The notes below the pieces were generated by a model that saw only the letters and a program-made list of their open reading frames with translations, was not told the origin of the DNA and did not search any database. This document shows positions 12,647-27,139 of a stretch of DNA of 63,916 nt, in pieces. The stretch covers positions 51,022,115-51,086,030 of the forward strand of contig NC_068984.1 in the NCBI RefSeq assembly GCF_001194135.2, in the 5' to 3' direction. Source of the stretch: Octopus bimaculoides. Taxonomy: Eukaryota. A program made the position numbers and the translations under genes. Position 1 is the first letter of the stretch. Each line of letters starts with the position of its first letter.

Positions 12647-13079
12647 TAAAGGCGGTGAGCTGGCAGAAACGTTAGCACGCCAGGCAAAATGCTTAGCAGC
12701 CTTTCGTCTACTGTTACGTTCTAAATTCAAATTCCGCTGAGGTCGACTTTGCCTTTCATCCTTTCGGGGTCGATAAATTAAGTACCAGTTACACACTGGG
12801 GTCGATGTAATCGACTTAATCCCTTTGTCTGTTCTTGTTTGTCCCCTCTATGTTTAGCCCCTTGTGGGCAATAAAAAAATAAGAAACGTTAGCACGCCGG
12901 GCGAAATGTTTAGCGGTATTTCGTCTGTCTTTGCGTTCTGAGTTCAAATTCGGCCGAAGTCAACTTTGCCTTTCATCATTTCGGTGTCGATAAATTAAGT
13001 ACCAGTTGCGTACTGGGGTAGATCTAATCGACTCGCCCTCTCCCAGAAAATTTCGGGCCTTGTGCCTAGAGTAGAAAAC
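12647..13079 (+). mobile_element. Dimeric SINE family B with a 14-bp TSD
   Basis: Two head-to-tail monomers (GTTAGCACGCC..GAGTTCAAATT..GTCGACTTTGCCTTTCATC) flanked by AATATATGTCAATA at 12633-12646 and 13080-13093. Confidence 0.85.
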
Positions 13080-13149
13080 AATATATGTCAATACCAGAAG
13101 GTGGTCATACCCCTTTGTTACCAGATACCAGTCTGACTTTATCATTTTA

Positions 13150-13443
13150 TATTTTACTTGTTTCAGTCATTAGACTGCGGTCATGCTGGGACACCACCTT
13201 GAAGAACTTTTAGTGAGTCTCTATCGCCTAGTCTCTATTGCCGAACCACTAAACTACGGGGAGATAAACAACACAACATCGGTCGTCAAGTGATAATGGT
13301 TTCCGTCTACCGAATCCACTCACAAGGCTTTGGTTGGCTCGTGGCTTTAGTAGAAGACATTTTCCCAAGGTGCCATGCTGTGTGACTGATCCTGGAACCA
13401 TTTGGTTGGGAAGCAAACTTCTTACCACACAGGCATGCCTGCG
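13150..13443 (-). mobile_element. SINE family A, diverged
   Basis: Homologous to the other family A copies. Confidence 0.85.
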
Positions 13444-13930
13444 CATTTATTTAATTTTAAATATATTTATCAATATATACCTGACTAACTCTCTTTACAT
13501 TTTTACATCAGTTTCAATGTGTGATTATCAATATATTCAGTTTATTTGGTCCTGTTATTGGACTGCAGCCATGCTTACAGCACCGCTTTCAATGAGTGCA
13601 CTAAAGCAAATGGTCACCAATATTTAAGTACATATTTTTTAAAAGTGTGGTATCGACCCCTTTTGCCGGACCGCTAGTTTTTCGGGGACGAAGCAAACCG
13701 CCATTTGTTGTCAAGCGTTGAGAGATAGGCAGAAAGACGTACGACTACAGGCGCACGCGTACACACACTCACACACACACATACACAAACATGACAGGCT
13801 TCAAAATTGTTTCCGTCAATCACACTCACTCACAAGTCATTGTTGTCTCAGTATATGAATATACTCTGGGATATAAATATATATGTGTGTGTGTGTGTAT
13901 AAACTCACACACACACACGTNNNNNNNNNN

Positions 13931-13976
<46 letters not shown>

Positions 13977-14423
13977 CACTCACACACACATACTTACAAA
14001 AATACGCACACACACACATAAAGTATGTGTGTGTATATGTGTTTGTCGTGTGTGTGTTCACGCTTGGTTTTGAAAGTCTTTATGTATGTGTGTAGCGCAC
14101 TTTCACCGTCGACTTTAATGTATGTGTCTTTAAGTGCTTCTTTTAAAATGTGTCTCAGAAGAAAGGGGTTCTCCCCCTATTTACAATAGCTGGCTTGGAA
14201 TTCACTTGGGACTGGGTGTGTTTTATTATTGTTTGTATATAGCCTAGTTTTAAGTTTGTTTAAATATTTTACCTCTTGCTTTGTTTTATGGGATATCAGC
14301 TTCTGTATATAATTGCATACACGCATGTGTGTTAATGTGTGTGTATGTGTTTGTGTATATGCGTGTTGGTACGTGTATACATACATACATACATACATAC
14401 ATACATACATACATACATACATA

Positions 14424-15262
14424 CAGGCTGTTCGGGCTAAATTTGACGATTTTTTACCGTCTTCTTTTTTCAAGAACTGCAGCTTGAAAAACATTTTCAA
14501 GAACAGCGGCGTTGAAGAGCATTAAGATTAAAGTTTACTTGGGCAAACGTTAGCTGACAAGGAGTACTGGAAACTATCTCAATATTGGGAAAGATTTATC
14601 TCTATGATGATAATTCGCGCCGGGTATCACAATGCGGACACCATGACTATAGTTCCATGCCCTGTGAACACTGTAAGGATGTGACGTAAACAGCTGCACA
14701 TGAGGCGTTCTGATTGCGCCCACACAGCGGAATTTATCTCCACATCTTGAACAGGGTCTTAAGCTGAATTTAGACGGCTATGTGAAGCTGCATGAGACAG
14801 TGGTCGAACTCTGCCTGGAGAAGGTTGCTGCTAGAAGGTCACATGTGTGCTAGTGGGATTCATCCCATTGGCATACCCTCGAAAGAGTCAGAAGTAGTTG
14901 TCGGAGAATTTCTACGATTTCAATAGCCCCAATTGCTGGCCTATAAATTCCTTTGTTTGTAACCCCATAATTACTATGTGTAGGATGCGGTTCAGAAAGA
15001 CACCAACCTCTCTACCTGCAACACCAAGGCCGAGCTGTTGGCTAAGACCAAGATTTTCAAAATCTCCCCAGAGATATAATGAGGAACACACGTACAAGGT
15101 TGCAGAGCCGTCTTGAAGCCTTGGTGGAATTTGAGGGCGACTACTCTGAACAAACTGTCATCTTCCACCCATAATCTAGTTCATACTCCTTGATCTTTTG
15201 GATGAGATATTGTGTGTACTTTTCCTTTTATGCAAACTGTCAAATTTAGGCCGAACACCATG
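14424..15262 (+). mobile_element. Internally deleted maT/DD37D-like mariner with both TIRs
   Basis: 25-bp TIRs CAGGCTGTTCGGGCTAAATTTGACG and TGTCAAATTTAGGCCGAACACCATG; TA precedes the left TIR. Degenerate transposase includes LSENFYDFNSPNCWPINSFVCNP and ends RLEALVEFEGDYSE. Confidence 0.8.
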
Positions 15263-16115
15263 AACATACACACACATACAAGCTGGTTGTTTTCTCGTTC
15301 TCAGTCATCACCCAAAGCACTTCAGAGTCGGCCTCATGTTGAGCAGCATCGGTGTGACATTTCAGGCCGGCAAGTGACCTACACTGTTTGGCATAGATGT
15401 TACATACGTACATACAAACATACATGCATGCATCCATCCATCCATCCATACATACATACATACATACATTACATATACATTATGTACACAAACATTATTA
15501 CTAATTTACTACAAACTGAAAATAAAGTACACAATAGTTTTACTATAGTTCATTCGTCATTTTGAGTTGCCTACTTACACAAGCATGCGCATTCGCACGC
15601 ACAGATGTATGGATAAATACAGCAACGCAAGTTCATATATATAGTCTTTTCTTTTTATTTTAATCACTGGACTGCAGGCATACTAGGACATCGCCTTGAA
15701 AGGTTTTGTCGATCAAGTACACCCCAGTAGTTATTTACTTTCAAGTCTGGCGCTCACTCTAACGGCTTCTCTTAGCGAACCCCTTAGTTACCGGGCTACT
15801 GTTTCCAACATGTCTATTTACAGTCTCATTCGGTGGCTTGTTTATTGAATATGACGTTTAGTTAGGTGCTAGACAGAGATATATATACAGACAGAAAACA
15901 AATAGTGAGACTGTCATTGGAGAATAAATAAATCTTTAGAGACAAAATATTGATGTGACGGCAAGGTTTATACTGTTGTTTCTGCGGGATGCTTCAACTC
16001 TGTCACATTTATAAATCGCTTTTACCACTTTTACGGTTGATTTAGTAACTAAATACCACACCTGAGAATGTTTTGATTCTGGGTTATATAAACACACACA
16101 TACACACATACAAAA

Positions 16116-16187
<72 letters not shown>

Positions 16188-17827
16188 GAGCACACGTTTT
16201 TCCTCACAATAGCGCATATCGATATATATGTGTGTGCATGTATACTTTCATACACATGTATATATATATATATATATATATACATACACAAACATGAATA
16301 CATACATATATACACATGCAAAAGGTGATATAAATAAGCATATATATTCGAATGTCAGAAGTTACCGTTTGTAGTTGCAAACACCGTGCAAGCCCGTGTG
16401 TGCATGAGCGCGCGCGCGCGCGTCTGTGTGTGTGTTTATTTGTGTCTCATCACTTTAGAAGCTGCAATAGTTTGTTTACGTCCCGGTAGCTTAGTATTTC
16501 GTCGAAAGGAATTGGTATCAAACTTCAAAAATAGGTACTGTGATCGATTTCATTGATCAAAATACTCCAGCATGGCCGAGGTCCAGGATCCTCAAAAAAG
16601 GAAAACAAGAGTGCATGGCTATGCACAGATACAGCTACAACCTCACACGGAGGATATCTTGGGTTCTGACTGCACCAAAGCTGAATAAGATGTAAATAGA
16701 TCAAAATCACAGCACCCTAGCAAACAAGCTCTGATGGAACAGAGAAATATGTCTTTTCTAATATAGTGCAAAAGGAATTTTGGTGGAGAGGAGTAATCGA
16801 TTTCATCGATGCCAATGCTTGATTAGTGCTTTGATCGCTTTCGAAAGAAAGGATGAAAGGTAAAGTCGACTACAGCGTTATTTGAACCTGGAACGTATAG
16901 CCAGAAGAAAAGCCGTTAAGCATTTTAGCTGGGAGTAACGACGATTCTAACAGATCGCCGCTTGGAGTAGATACGCATTAAATAGAATGGACTGTGTTGA
17001 CCATATTGTACTTTCTTTACAACCATATTCCATCGAGCGCTACGAGATCCAACGGGCTCTTGATGTTGTTCTCTTTCTGAAGAAAGTATGAGGTTATTTT
17101 ATAAAGATTTGGTTCCTATTTCCTGCAGGAAAGAGTACTCTCGACAGATTGTCTAGCGAATATGTTAATAAGTTCGTTTGGTAGAAGAACGAATAACTTC
17201 AAAGATTGTTGTTGAGACAACTGTACGGTTTCTTTAAATGCTTCCTTTGTAAGAGACAACGTAATAAACACATGACGTATAGTTTGCCTCGATAAAAGAA
17301 ATGACGCAATAAATAATTACTTGAGGTTTAAGAAGCAATGTGTGTGTGTGTGTGTGTGTGTGTACTTACTACACACACATACACACACACACGCACACAC
17401 ACACACATATAGAGAGAGAAAGCCTGGGAACAGCTGTTGTTTCAGACATGATATATTGAAAACAGTTATTTTCAAATTTTATTTTTCTTATTAAGTTATC
17501 TTTTTATCTGCGTAATCAGATATAGTTCGATTGGCAAAATAACGTTCTTAAATTTATTATCAATGTTTCCAGGTTATTTCACCCTTATCTTCAGAATGTG
17601 GAACGGTAAGAACTCCTGAAGTTCTCTTACTATAGTGGACAGCTAATGAATAAACAGACTATAAGGAGACAATTCTGTTTATGCTCACTTCACAACCAGG
17701 ATTTGGCCATCACAGTAATGATAATAACAAAGAAAAGAAAGAGACTTGTTTTTAATGTCTGGAACATTTTTGATGATAAACCTGATCAAACAGGACCAAG
17801 GTGTGATTACAGCAGCAGCAACAGCAA

Positions 17828-17893
<66 letters not shown>

Positions 17894-18159
17894 CAGCAGC
17901 AGCAGCAGCATATTTTAAAATTTGTGATGTTAACTTTCTGTATATCTAAAATATTCTTTTTATTGCCCACAAGGGGCTAAACATAGAGGGGACAAACAAG
18001 GGCATCTGTATATCTAAAATATATGCAGCAGCCCCCTCCATCTCTCTCCACACGCACGCACATTAAAAAGGGGGAGAATGTGAGGGAGAGGAACCAATGT
18101 ATTATATATGTGCATACATACATATGTTTGCATGTATGCATTGTCATATATATATATAT

Positions 18160-18305
18160 ATGTGTGTGGGCACGGGACGTCACGAAACGTGTACAACAAA
18201 AAAATACAAAGTACGAGTACATGGAATATGAACTATTTTTTCGAAAAACGAAAGACACAAATACAAAACAAAACAAACAACACAAAAAAACGACCGTTCA
18301 TCAGT
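18160..18305 (+). repeat. Repeat arm homologous to the reverse complement of 19480-19625
   Basis: GGGCACGGGACGTCACGAAACGTGTACAACAAAAA...AAAGACACAAAT...TCATCAGTTG aligns by eye. Confidence 0.75.
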
Positions 18306-18553
18306 TGAGAGAGAGAGAGAGAGAGAGAGAGGGAGACAGAGACAGAAAGTGAGAGACAGACAGACAAACAGAGAGGGAGAGATAGAATGTGTGAGAGAGA
18401 GAAAGGAATAGAGAGCGTCAGAAATAGTGTGAAATATAGTTTAACCTGTATGGGAGGGTCTGCAAAGGTTAATGCATTTCTGCGCTTCTTTCTCATCTAA
18501 TATATTAACGAGAGCGAGTGGAAGAGACATTAGGAAAGAGTTGGGCAGAGAGA

Positions 18554-18680
<127 letters not shown>

Positions 18681-19366
18681 AGGAAGTGATGAAGACATAA
18701 GCGGACCGATAAAGAAATACTTTCACCCCTCCACGCACCGATAAACACCTCCCACCTTCCACAATACTCTCAGTGCAGTCAAATGGCTATTGGCGTCATA
18801 TAGACTCTAATAAGGGGCAGGAGACGGTGGAGTGAGATTGCAAGTCTCGATTTCACTTTACTTCAAAATGTCGACCTGTGTAATATTATGTACTTAGTCT
18901 CTTAGTCTCGTAGTCTGTCCTGTCAGTCACACACACACAAACACACACACACACACACATAGAGAGTCTGTCTATTTACCTGTCTGAACGTTTGTCTCCC
19001 CATCTTTGTGGGATCCACTCGCTAGCTCTCTGTATGTTACGTCTCTTTTGCGGTACTTTCTTCTATGAACGAATGCGTCTCAATTTTGCCTATATGCTTG
19101 GTTGATGTCATTCAGCTTCCTCCCCCCCCCCTCTAAGAACTAGGAACCTGAATTTGTAAATTAACCAAATAGTGCTTTTATCTAAAAACTTCACTATTAA
19201 CAACAGTAACTGGGCTCTCCCAACTTCATGAAATTCTAAATCTGCCCTCGAAGTCTACGGGTACATGAAGCCGGAGATTATCCGGGTTTCTTAGGCATTT
19301 AGGTAACTGAAAATACAGACTGCCATTGAACAGGACGTCAGTCTGTCGCAGGATTAACCCCGGCTC

Positions 19367-19625
19367 AACGAAAGACACAAATGGAAAACAAAACAAACAA
19401 CATAAAGAACGACACGTCATCAGTTGTTGGCTGTTTTTCTAGTACCGTATTTCGGAGACTAGAAAAACAGCCAGCAACTGATGAAGTGTCGTTCCTTATG
19501 TTTGTTTTGCTTTCCATTTGTGTCTTTAGTTGTTCGAAAGAATGAATAGTCATGTTCCATGTACTTGTGCTTCGTACATTTTTGTTGTACACATTTAGTG
19601 ACGTACTGTGCCCACATATACATAT
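19367..19625. mobile_element. Palindromic element with ~75-bp arms and a 14-nt loop; possible Penelope-type inverted pLTR
   Basis: Arms at 19367-19443 and 19458-19531; loop ACCGTATTTCGGAG. Confidence 0.7.
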
Positions 19626-19687
19626 ATATACGTATAGCTATAAGTATGTGAATATACGTATGCATATATGCATATATACATTTTTTT

Positions 19688-20022
19688 AGACCCCCTTCGG
19701 TCATGAATGACCATGGGATTGCACCTAGAAAGTTACCCTCCGAGGTACAAGTCCGGGCAAGGTTGTTTGTGGAAGGCCAGCAGTCGCCCATGCATACGTG
19801 CCTCCTCACTCCACACCACTGATGTTATCCAAGGGAAAAGCAAAGGTCGATACAGCTTGGCACCAGTGATGTCGCAACTCATTTCTATAGCTGAGCTAAC
19901 TGGATCCACGTAAAATAAAGTGTCTTGCTCAAGAACACAACATGCAGCCCGATCCAGGAATCGAACTCACAACCTCACGATCGTAAGCTCGACGCTCTAA
20001 CCACTGAGTTATGCGCCTTCAC
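19688..20022 (-). mobile_element. tRNA-derived SINE family D, full length
   Basis: Minus-strand head with A box (TAACTCAGTGG) and B box (GTTCGATTCC), followed by TTCTTGAGCAAGACACTTTA. Confidence 0.85.
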
Positions 20023-20301
20023 TATATGCATATATTATTCATACTATTATATGGCTGAACGCCATGCATCCTCTTCCAAGTAAGTTTTATCTTATATATA
20101 TATATATATATATAAATTATGATAAAAGAAAGATGTTTCATACATATGTGGTAGGTGTATGTATATGCATCTGCACCTGCACATTTAGATATGCATATAT
20201 ATACTTATATATCATATGTAATAACGAAGAGAAAAAGAAAATGACAGTTACATAGACAGACATTTTCAAAACAGAATTTTGCACTACAGACGTTGTGGTA
20301 A

Positions 20302-20950
20302 CCAGAATTTAATAACAGCTTTATTAACGTAGCTAACCAGAAAGAAACTCTGGACAAATACCGATATAAGAAAAACAACAAGGACATCAAAATATGTGAG
20401 AGTTATGTTCCGAGGGAAAATACTCTTCTCTTGCTTGATGAATACACCAATGAAAGAACAAGAATTAGAATCCTACACCAACATCTTGCCATAAATGGGG
20501 GTGAGTATGCCCATAAAAAACAGTTGGAAGAAGCCCTGACTGTTGGGTGGAACGATATTGTTTCTCTCGACCGGGATAAGGCCTATGGAAACATGTGCTT
20601 GGTCTTTAGATCCGAAGGCATTGCAAATTGACAGGCAAAGCTGATGTACCACACGCTTCCTAAAAGTCTGGTGTCGTACTATTTGGGGCGACTAAGAGAA
20701 GAGTCGAAATTAGGGAACATTAATAGTGACATTTAATCTTCTTGACTCATCGTAAACTTAGTAACATGTTCAGGCGGTTTGTTTAGAGATAAACGGAAAC
20801 AATATGTGGTCAGATTGGTCTGTATAGACATGCAAGTCAACTCCACAGATCACAAAGCTATCCCAAAGCTGCGTCTCGTTATGGATACAGAAAGAATCGA
20901 TAAATTCTCCAAATATAATTTGTCATTTCTTATTATGATAACCTGTCTGT
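20302..20950 (+). pseudogene. Probable LINE ORF1 relic (L1/Tx1-like)
   Basis: Stop-free frame of 110 codons at 20302-20631 (...VGWNDIVSLDRDKAYGNMCLVFRSEGIAN), continuing past a stop into LVSYYLGRLR. The ORF1 resemblance is from recall. Confidence 0.4.
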
Positions 20951-21999
20951 TTCTCTCTACAGCTTCGATGATTTTCAATGTTTAATTTTTTATATCTTCC
21001 TCATTGTTTGATCAATTCCGATTTTGTCAATTGGAAGGTCGGGGCTTTCACACAGTTATCTTTCTTTGGTTGGATTCTTCTGGATTAACTGTTTTTGTTT
21101 TAAGTGTGTTTTATATGTTTCTGTTTATCAGTTGAATTATTACTTTTCAGTAATGTTATTTTTGCAATGTGTTAATGCATGAATGTAATGTTCGAAATCT
21201 GAAATCTTGTTTATATATCAGTCTTTATGTACTTTTCTTACCTCGAAAGCTTCTTTTATTACAGCCGTTAAACTCTCCTTACCTCCAATATACTTTTTAT
21301 GTCTATATTCTTATATTTTGTTAGCTTATCAACTACTTTCAAAGCAATGCTCCTGAATTTAAATCATATGCGATTGAATCGGAAAAGAAATCTTTTTCAA
21401 ATATTTAAATGGTAAAAGTAAATCCTGGTACCTCACAGAACCGGCTAGAGCTTCGTGCATAATATTCCAAGTTGATCACGTCTTTAAGAAATTGGATATG
21501 GCAGTTACTAGATAAATGTAATAGATTTCAATCGTCGAAACTACTGGGTGTGATAAGATGTAGAAAAGAAAAGGAAAAGCACCAATAGAATTTCTAACAT
21601 AAACACAAGTTCACAAATATTTAGGTGGGATATAGTCGATTAAAAATGACCTTTTTTCCAAGTGCATTACCGGTGTGTATTTTCTTGTCATCGGATTGAT
21701 GAAAGGAAAAATCGACCCTGAGTTAGGGACATAGCGTTCTGACAAACCACTCATCCACAACATTACTTATATATTAGAAGCTTAATGCTCAGAGTAAAAA
21801 GATATGTAAACTATTTTTTAAATAAAAGTAAAATAGAATAAGGAATGTGGAGTCCCAAATCCACGGCAGTAGAGTTAGAGTTTAAAAAAAAATAAAACAT
21901 GTCAATATTCAATAGTCAGTATCCAGTAGCATTGAATGGAGAAGTGATTCCATAAGGAAGGTCTGACTTATTTGCCAATATCAATATCTAAACTATAAA

Positions 22000-22175
22000 G
22001 CAGTGAACTAGCAGAATCGTTAGCTCGTTTTGAGTTCAACTTCCACTAAGGTCGACTTTGCCTTTCATCCTTTCGTGGTTGATAAAATAAGTACTAGTCG
22101 AGCATTAGGGTAGATGTAATCGACTTTCCTCCTCCCTCGAATTTGGTTAGCCTTGTGCCAAATTTTGAAACCAAT
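22000..22175 (+). mobile_element. SINE family B monomer. Other copies: 16780-16960, 26420-26580, 29350-29580, 33070-33590 (three), 46150-46350, 46690-46850, 55815-56220 (two), 57960-58180
   Basis: Shared core GGTCGACTTTGCCTTTCATCCTTTC..GTCGATAAA..AAGTACCAGT. Confidence 0.85.
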
Positions 22176-23805
22176 ATCCAAATCTAAACTACTAGAGCTA
22201 CCGAAATAAATTAAGTAAAAAACCGTAAACCCAGCTAATATTATAAACCAATAGATCACTTCAATGCCAGTGATCTCATTAAATGAAATTTATTCACAGG
22301 GATGAGTGATTGAGTTGTGCGTTCCATTGGGCATTATGCCGACACTTTCAAACAAAACGGGAGTTACTAAGCATAAGCGTGCAGCAAAATCAGATTTTAA
22401 CAATTGTAGAGCTACAATATCCTGAGCATGTGTGTGCAAGTTGACAATACGTTTGAAACAAAGAGAAATGTACGTAATCTAATGTATTAAGACTTTGAAG
22501 AATATAAGTAGCAAGTTTGTGGGGTATGATATATAAAAACGTATATTATCAATACAAACTAGAGCTCACTGCTTTGTACACAGCCTAAAAAGAAACCGAT
22601 CAGACTGAGAATAGTTTCCAAATAAAGCACCTTATATACAATAATACACCATACACAGCCCTATATACATCACATCTTCATGCTAGCTAGACATCCATAG
22701 TTTCCACGAACTACTGCCATAAAAAATCCTTCAATGAAGACAGAACATTCCAGCTTTAAGGATATAATTGCTACATATATCAAGGAAACAGTCGTACATA
22801 AACCGCTTTATTTATGAACTACACATTGTAGCACACACGTTGACAAATTCACAATGAACTACACGCAACGAACAGCACTCAATGAATAACACACATAGCC
22901 GTCAAATTACTAAGAGTCACAGTTGCCGAAGATCACTCTTGGTGTCTAAACATTATACAAAATTGCTAAATCTGCCTCATAAAGAACAGACTTGTCTAAT
23001 TAGATCAGTTGATGAGCCTCTACAAAACTTAAATACTACGAACAGTAGTATTTACATATATCAGATGTGTCTGCAACAATCCATACAAACATGCGAAAAT
23101 AAACGGGAAATAACTTATTCGACTGATTATTATAGATTCATTCACCAACAGTTAAAACAAAACAATTCACAGATGCTCAGTTTTTTCCCCTTTGAGACTT
23201 GTTTCCTTTTCTCAGAAACACCTTGTTTCGTGACATCTTTCCACCAATCTACCCAATATCGTTCTTAACACCTTGTCCAGCCACACGTCCCAGAGTTGCA
23301 ACGCTCAAATTCAAGCCACGCTCATATTTTTATTTTGTAGTTATCTCCTTGAGTAATTCAAACAACGCACCCGCCTTATTCATCGCATCATTCTGCAAAA
23401 GCCTATGTGATAAGCAGCAATATTTTTCCTGAAAATGGAAAAAAAATTATAGTTGTATTTCTGGATGATCATTTTCCTTTTTTTTTCTTTTTGCCAAATA
23501 AGCAACCTCACTATATATTCGTTCTTCACTCGTTTATTACTGTTCTTATTTCAAAATAAGAACAGTAATAAATGAGTGCAGAACGAATATATAGTGCGTG
23601 TGTTTATTTGACAGAAAAAAATAAAAAATAAAAAATATGACCATCTCGAAATACAACAATATCTGTTTCGGAATCTTGCAACACAAATTCATAACGAAAA
23701 AATATTGCTGACTTTTATATAAGCACAAAAAGTAATTTTCAGCATATTCATAAAATAAATTACATCAACATACATGCGCACATACACACACATTCACACA
23801 GAAAC

Positions 23806-23885
<80 letters not shown>

Positions 23886-24344
23886 GTGTGCGTGTGTATA
23901 ACATGGAGAGGGAGGGAGGGAGAGATAGTGAGGGAGGGGATAAGAGAAAGACAGAGTTTTGTTTCCTTTCTGAAAACTCAAATAATAATCGGATTTTTGT
24001 TCCGTATTCCTAAAACTTACCTTTTAATATGAAATGCTGCTGTTTCGTTCAATGGCCCCTTCAATGTGAAAATATTCATTTTGTCAGAAGTAAGTGTTTT
24101 CCCGGTCGAAATGAAAGCATTTTAAAATTTTGTATGGATTATTATTTCAAGGCTTACCGTGCAATATATCCCATTATACACGAGCCTCGATGGCTTGCAA
24201 AACTCTTTTAATAGACTTCTTATACGAATCCATCTCCCCGATACACACGTCTTCACTGAACTTTATATCCTCATAAAGAAGTCAAATGCATTTTGCTGTT
24301 AATAGTTCTCTCTTCTATTGATACTCGATACACCTAAGTAGATA

Positions 24345-24752
24345 ATAGCTTTCGTTTACTTGTTTCAGTCAATTCGCTGCGGCCATGCTGGAGCACCGCC
24401 TTGAAGTGTTTTAGTCAAATAAATCGATCCCAGGACTTTTTCTTTTAAAAACCTAGTATTTATTCCATCGATCAATTTTGCCGAACCGCTAGTTATGGGA
24501 AACGTAAACGCACCAATACCAGTTGTCAAGTGGTAACAGAGGAACAAACACAAGCCACAAAGAACAAACACATAGATATATACATATATATATATATACG
24601 ACGGAGGTCTTTCTGTTTCCGTCTGTCAAATCAACTCACAAGGCTTTGGTCGGCCCGAGGCGTTAGTAGGGAGCACTGGCACGCAGTAAGACTGAACCCA
24701 GAACCATGTGGTTGGGAAGCAAGCTTCTTACCTCACAGCCACGCCTGCGCCT
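24345..24752 (-). mobile_element. SINE family A, full length
   Basis: Homologous to the other family A copies. Confidence 0.9.
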
Positions 24753-24763
24753 GCTAAAGACAC

Positions 24764-24814
<51 letters not shown>

Positions 24815-25910
24815 TACTGACATAGGTGAGATAAATAAACTTAGATGAGAAGCAAAGAGCCATACAAGAAGATACATAGAAAGAACAGGGATAATAACTA
24901 ACAAATGATAGAAAAACTTTTATGTGCGTGTGTGAGTGTGTGCGTGTGTGCGCGCGCTGAGTGTCTGATTTGCGCCTCTATGTACTGTTCGGGGAGTAGT
25001 GAGAGGTAGTAATTTTTGAAGTGATATGTGTGATAATGTCATGCCACCTAAGAATACAGAATTATTTCGCCCTCCCACGCACCATAGCACCACCACCACC
25101 ATTATCATCACATCTAGGGTAAACAGAATGTGTTTAGAACAGAACGCAACATAGATCAGTGGAGTTATGGGGGAAATACTAAAGTATGTGTAACTATGTT
25201 TGTTTGGATAATTAAATTAGATTCAAGTCATTTACTCTTAGTTGTTTATATTTCGTTTATGATTGTTTTAATGGTTGCTTTTGTTGTTGACGCTGTTGTT
25301 TTAGTGGTTGCTGTTACACTCTTCATCAGTCTCTGAAAATATCATTGTTTTTTATATGTATGTATGAATGTATGTACGTGGGTACGTATGTATGTATGCA
25401 CATGCGTATGTACATATGTATGTATGTATGTATGTATGTACGTATGCATGCGTATAAAAAGTATGTATGTATCTATGTTTGTATGTATGTATGTAAAGTA
25501 TGTACATATGTACGCATGTATGTACGTATGTATTTTGTGTTGTCTCGGTATATGTGCGCATCTGTGTCAAGTGACAAAGTGCTGTTTAGTTGGATACCCT
25601 CGAACTAGGCCTACGAATCAAGTCCGAACTCAGTTCCTTTAACTACTTCACGCTATCTCAGGAAAAACCATATTCATTTAAAATAACTGATCAGCAGCTG
25701 ATGGACCTCTAACAACGAAATCTCATGTCACAAACATTCTATTTTGTGACACTGGTGCGGTTCTACATGATATAGATTTATCAATTACATTGTAGGAGTA
25801 CACACATAGATACTCCATCCAAGTATTTTAGTTCCTCTGTATTAAAGAAGGCATGTACATTGGGAAACAAGACCTCTCCAATAATCTTGGTTGCGAGCGT
25901 AGTCACACAT

Positions 25911-25954
<44 letters not shown>

Positions 25955-27139
25955 GTATGTACATGAATATATATATATATGTGTGTGTGTGTGTTTTTGT
26001 ACTTGGGGATGGTCATATTGCCAGTTTAGCCAATAAAAACACACGCACTGTATATTTGGTGTTAATTTGCTTCAGCTTTATATTACATTACATTACATTA
26101 ATCCTATTTTCGCTAGAGTTCTTTCATTACACTTCTGTGACCTCATCAGTGGTCCTTTGCTTTCTTCTTTCTTATGTGTGTCTATGTTTTGTAAGTGCAT
26201 GTGTGTGTATGGGGAGTGCCTGTATTATCTATATCCTCTGTTAATACATACATACATACGTACATACATACATACATACATACATACATGCACGCATAGA
26301 TTTTTCTTATATGGCAGGGAGCAAAGTGCAATAACATTATTTAGTTCAGTTTGTTTCTTTATATTTTCAATCAAACTATCATTATAAGAATGTAACACAC
26401 GATGCTATATTGTTTGTACAATTAATATCAATTACTTGCTTACAGATACCACTGGGCTCGACTTTCATGCTTCCAGGGTCGATAAAATAAGTACCAGCCA
26501 GTTGAACACACTGGAGTCGATCAAATCGACCTAACCCCTCCCACGAAATCGCTGGCCGTGTGCCAAAGTTTGAAACCAATATTAATTACTTGGCACTGCA
26601 TATGATATTAATTATTTCCAACTTACAATATTTTCCATATTCAAGAATAAGCTTCCTGCTTCTAAGTAAAAATGAAAGTATTTTTTTCGATAATATAATT
26701 AATATAATTAACCCCCCTTCTATTCCACTACTCAATGCTGACATACATAGTAGTAAAATAGAATTGTTCATGGATATGGAACATATAGGAAGTATTAAAT
26801 ATTAATTTTTTAAAGAGCATTAAACGTTGTGTCACGTAAGATAACGATATTTTTGAAGGAAAGTAAAGGAAAAATTTGAAATATTTTGATACGATTTCCT
26901 TCTTTATACGAAAAATGGTTGTATCAAAACAGTTTATAAAATATAAATTTGTCAATCACCACAATGAGCAGTGTCGCTTCGAGATTTATTCGCACCTGTT
27001 GGAGCAGAAAGAATACCAAAACAGACAGGTACACAATGCGGTCTCTTACGCACTCTTACACGCTCACGAACTATGCATAACACTTAAAAGATAAGGTTGA
27101 TGATGGAAACTTCTTTAACACAGATTGAACACCACTACC

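Noticed and set aside
22318-22368. RSIGHYADTFKQNG, faintly like a SAM domain
   Set aside because: Bracketed by in-frame stops within 20 codons and lacking splice sites; likely chance.
22882-23268. 128-aa ORF
   Set aside because: No splice context or recognisable domain; the region looks like heavily decayed LINE sequence.
26140-26160. CTGATGAG on the minus strand
   Set aside because: No convincing stem II or stem III could be formed.
26890-26940. 12-bp hairpin TTTGATACGATT/GGTTGTATCAAA (and a similar one at 11194-11242)
   Set aside because: Short AT-rich stems of this size are expected by chance.
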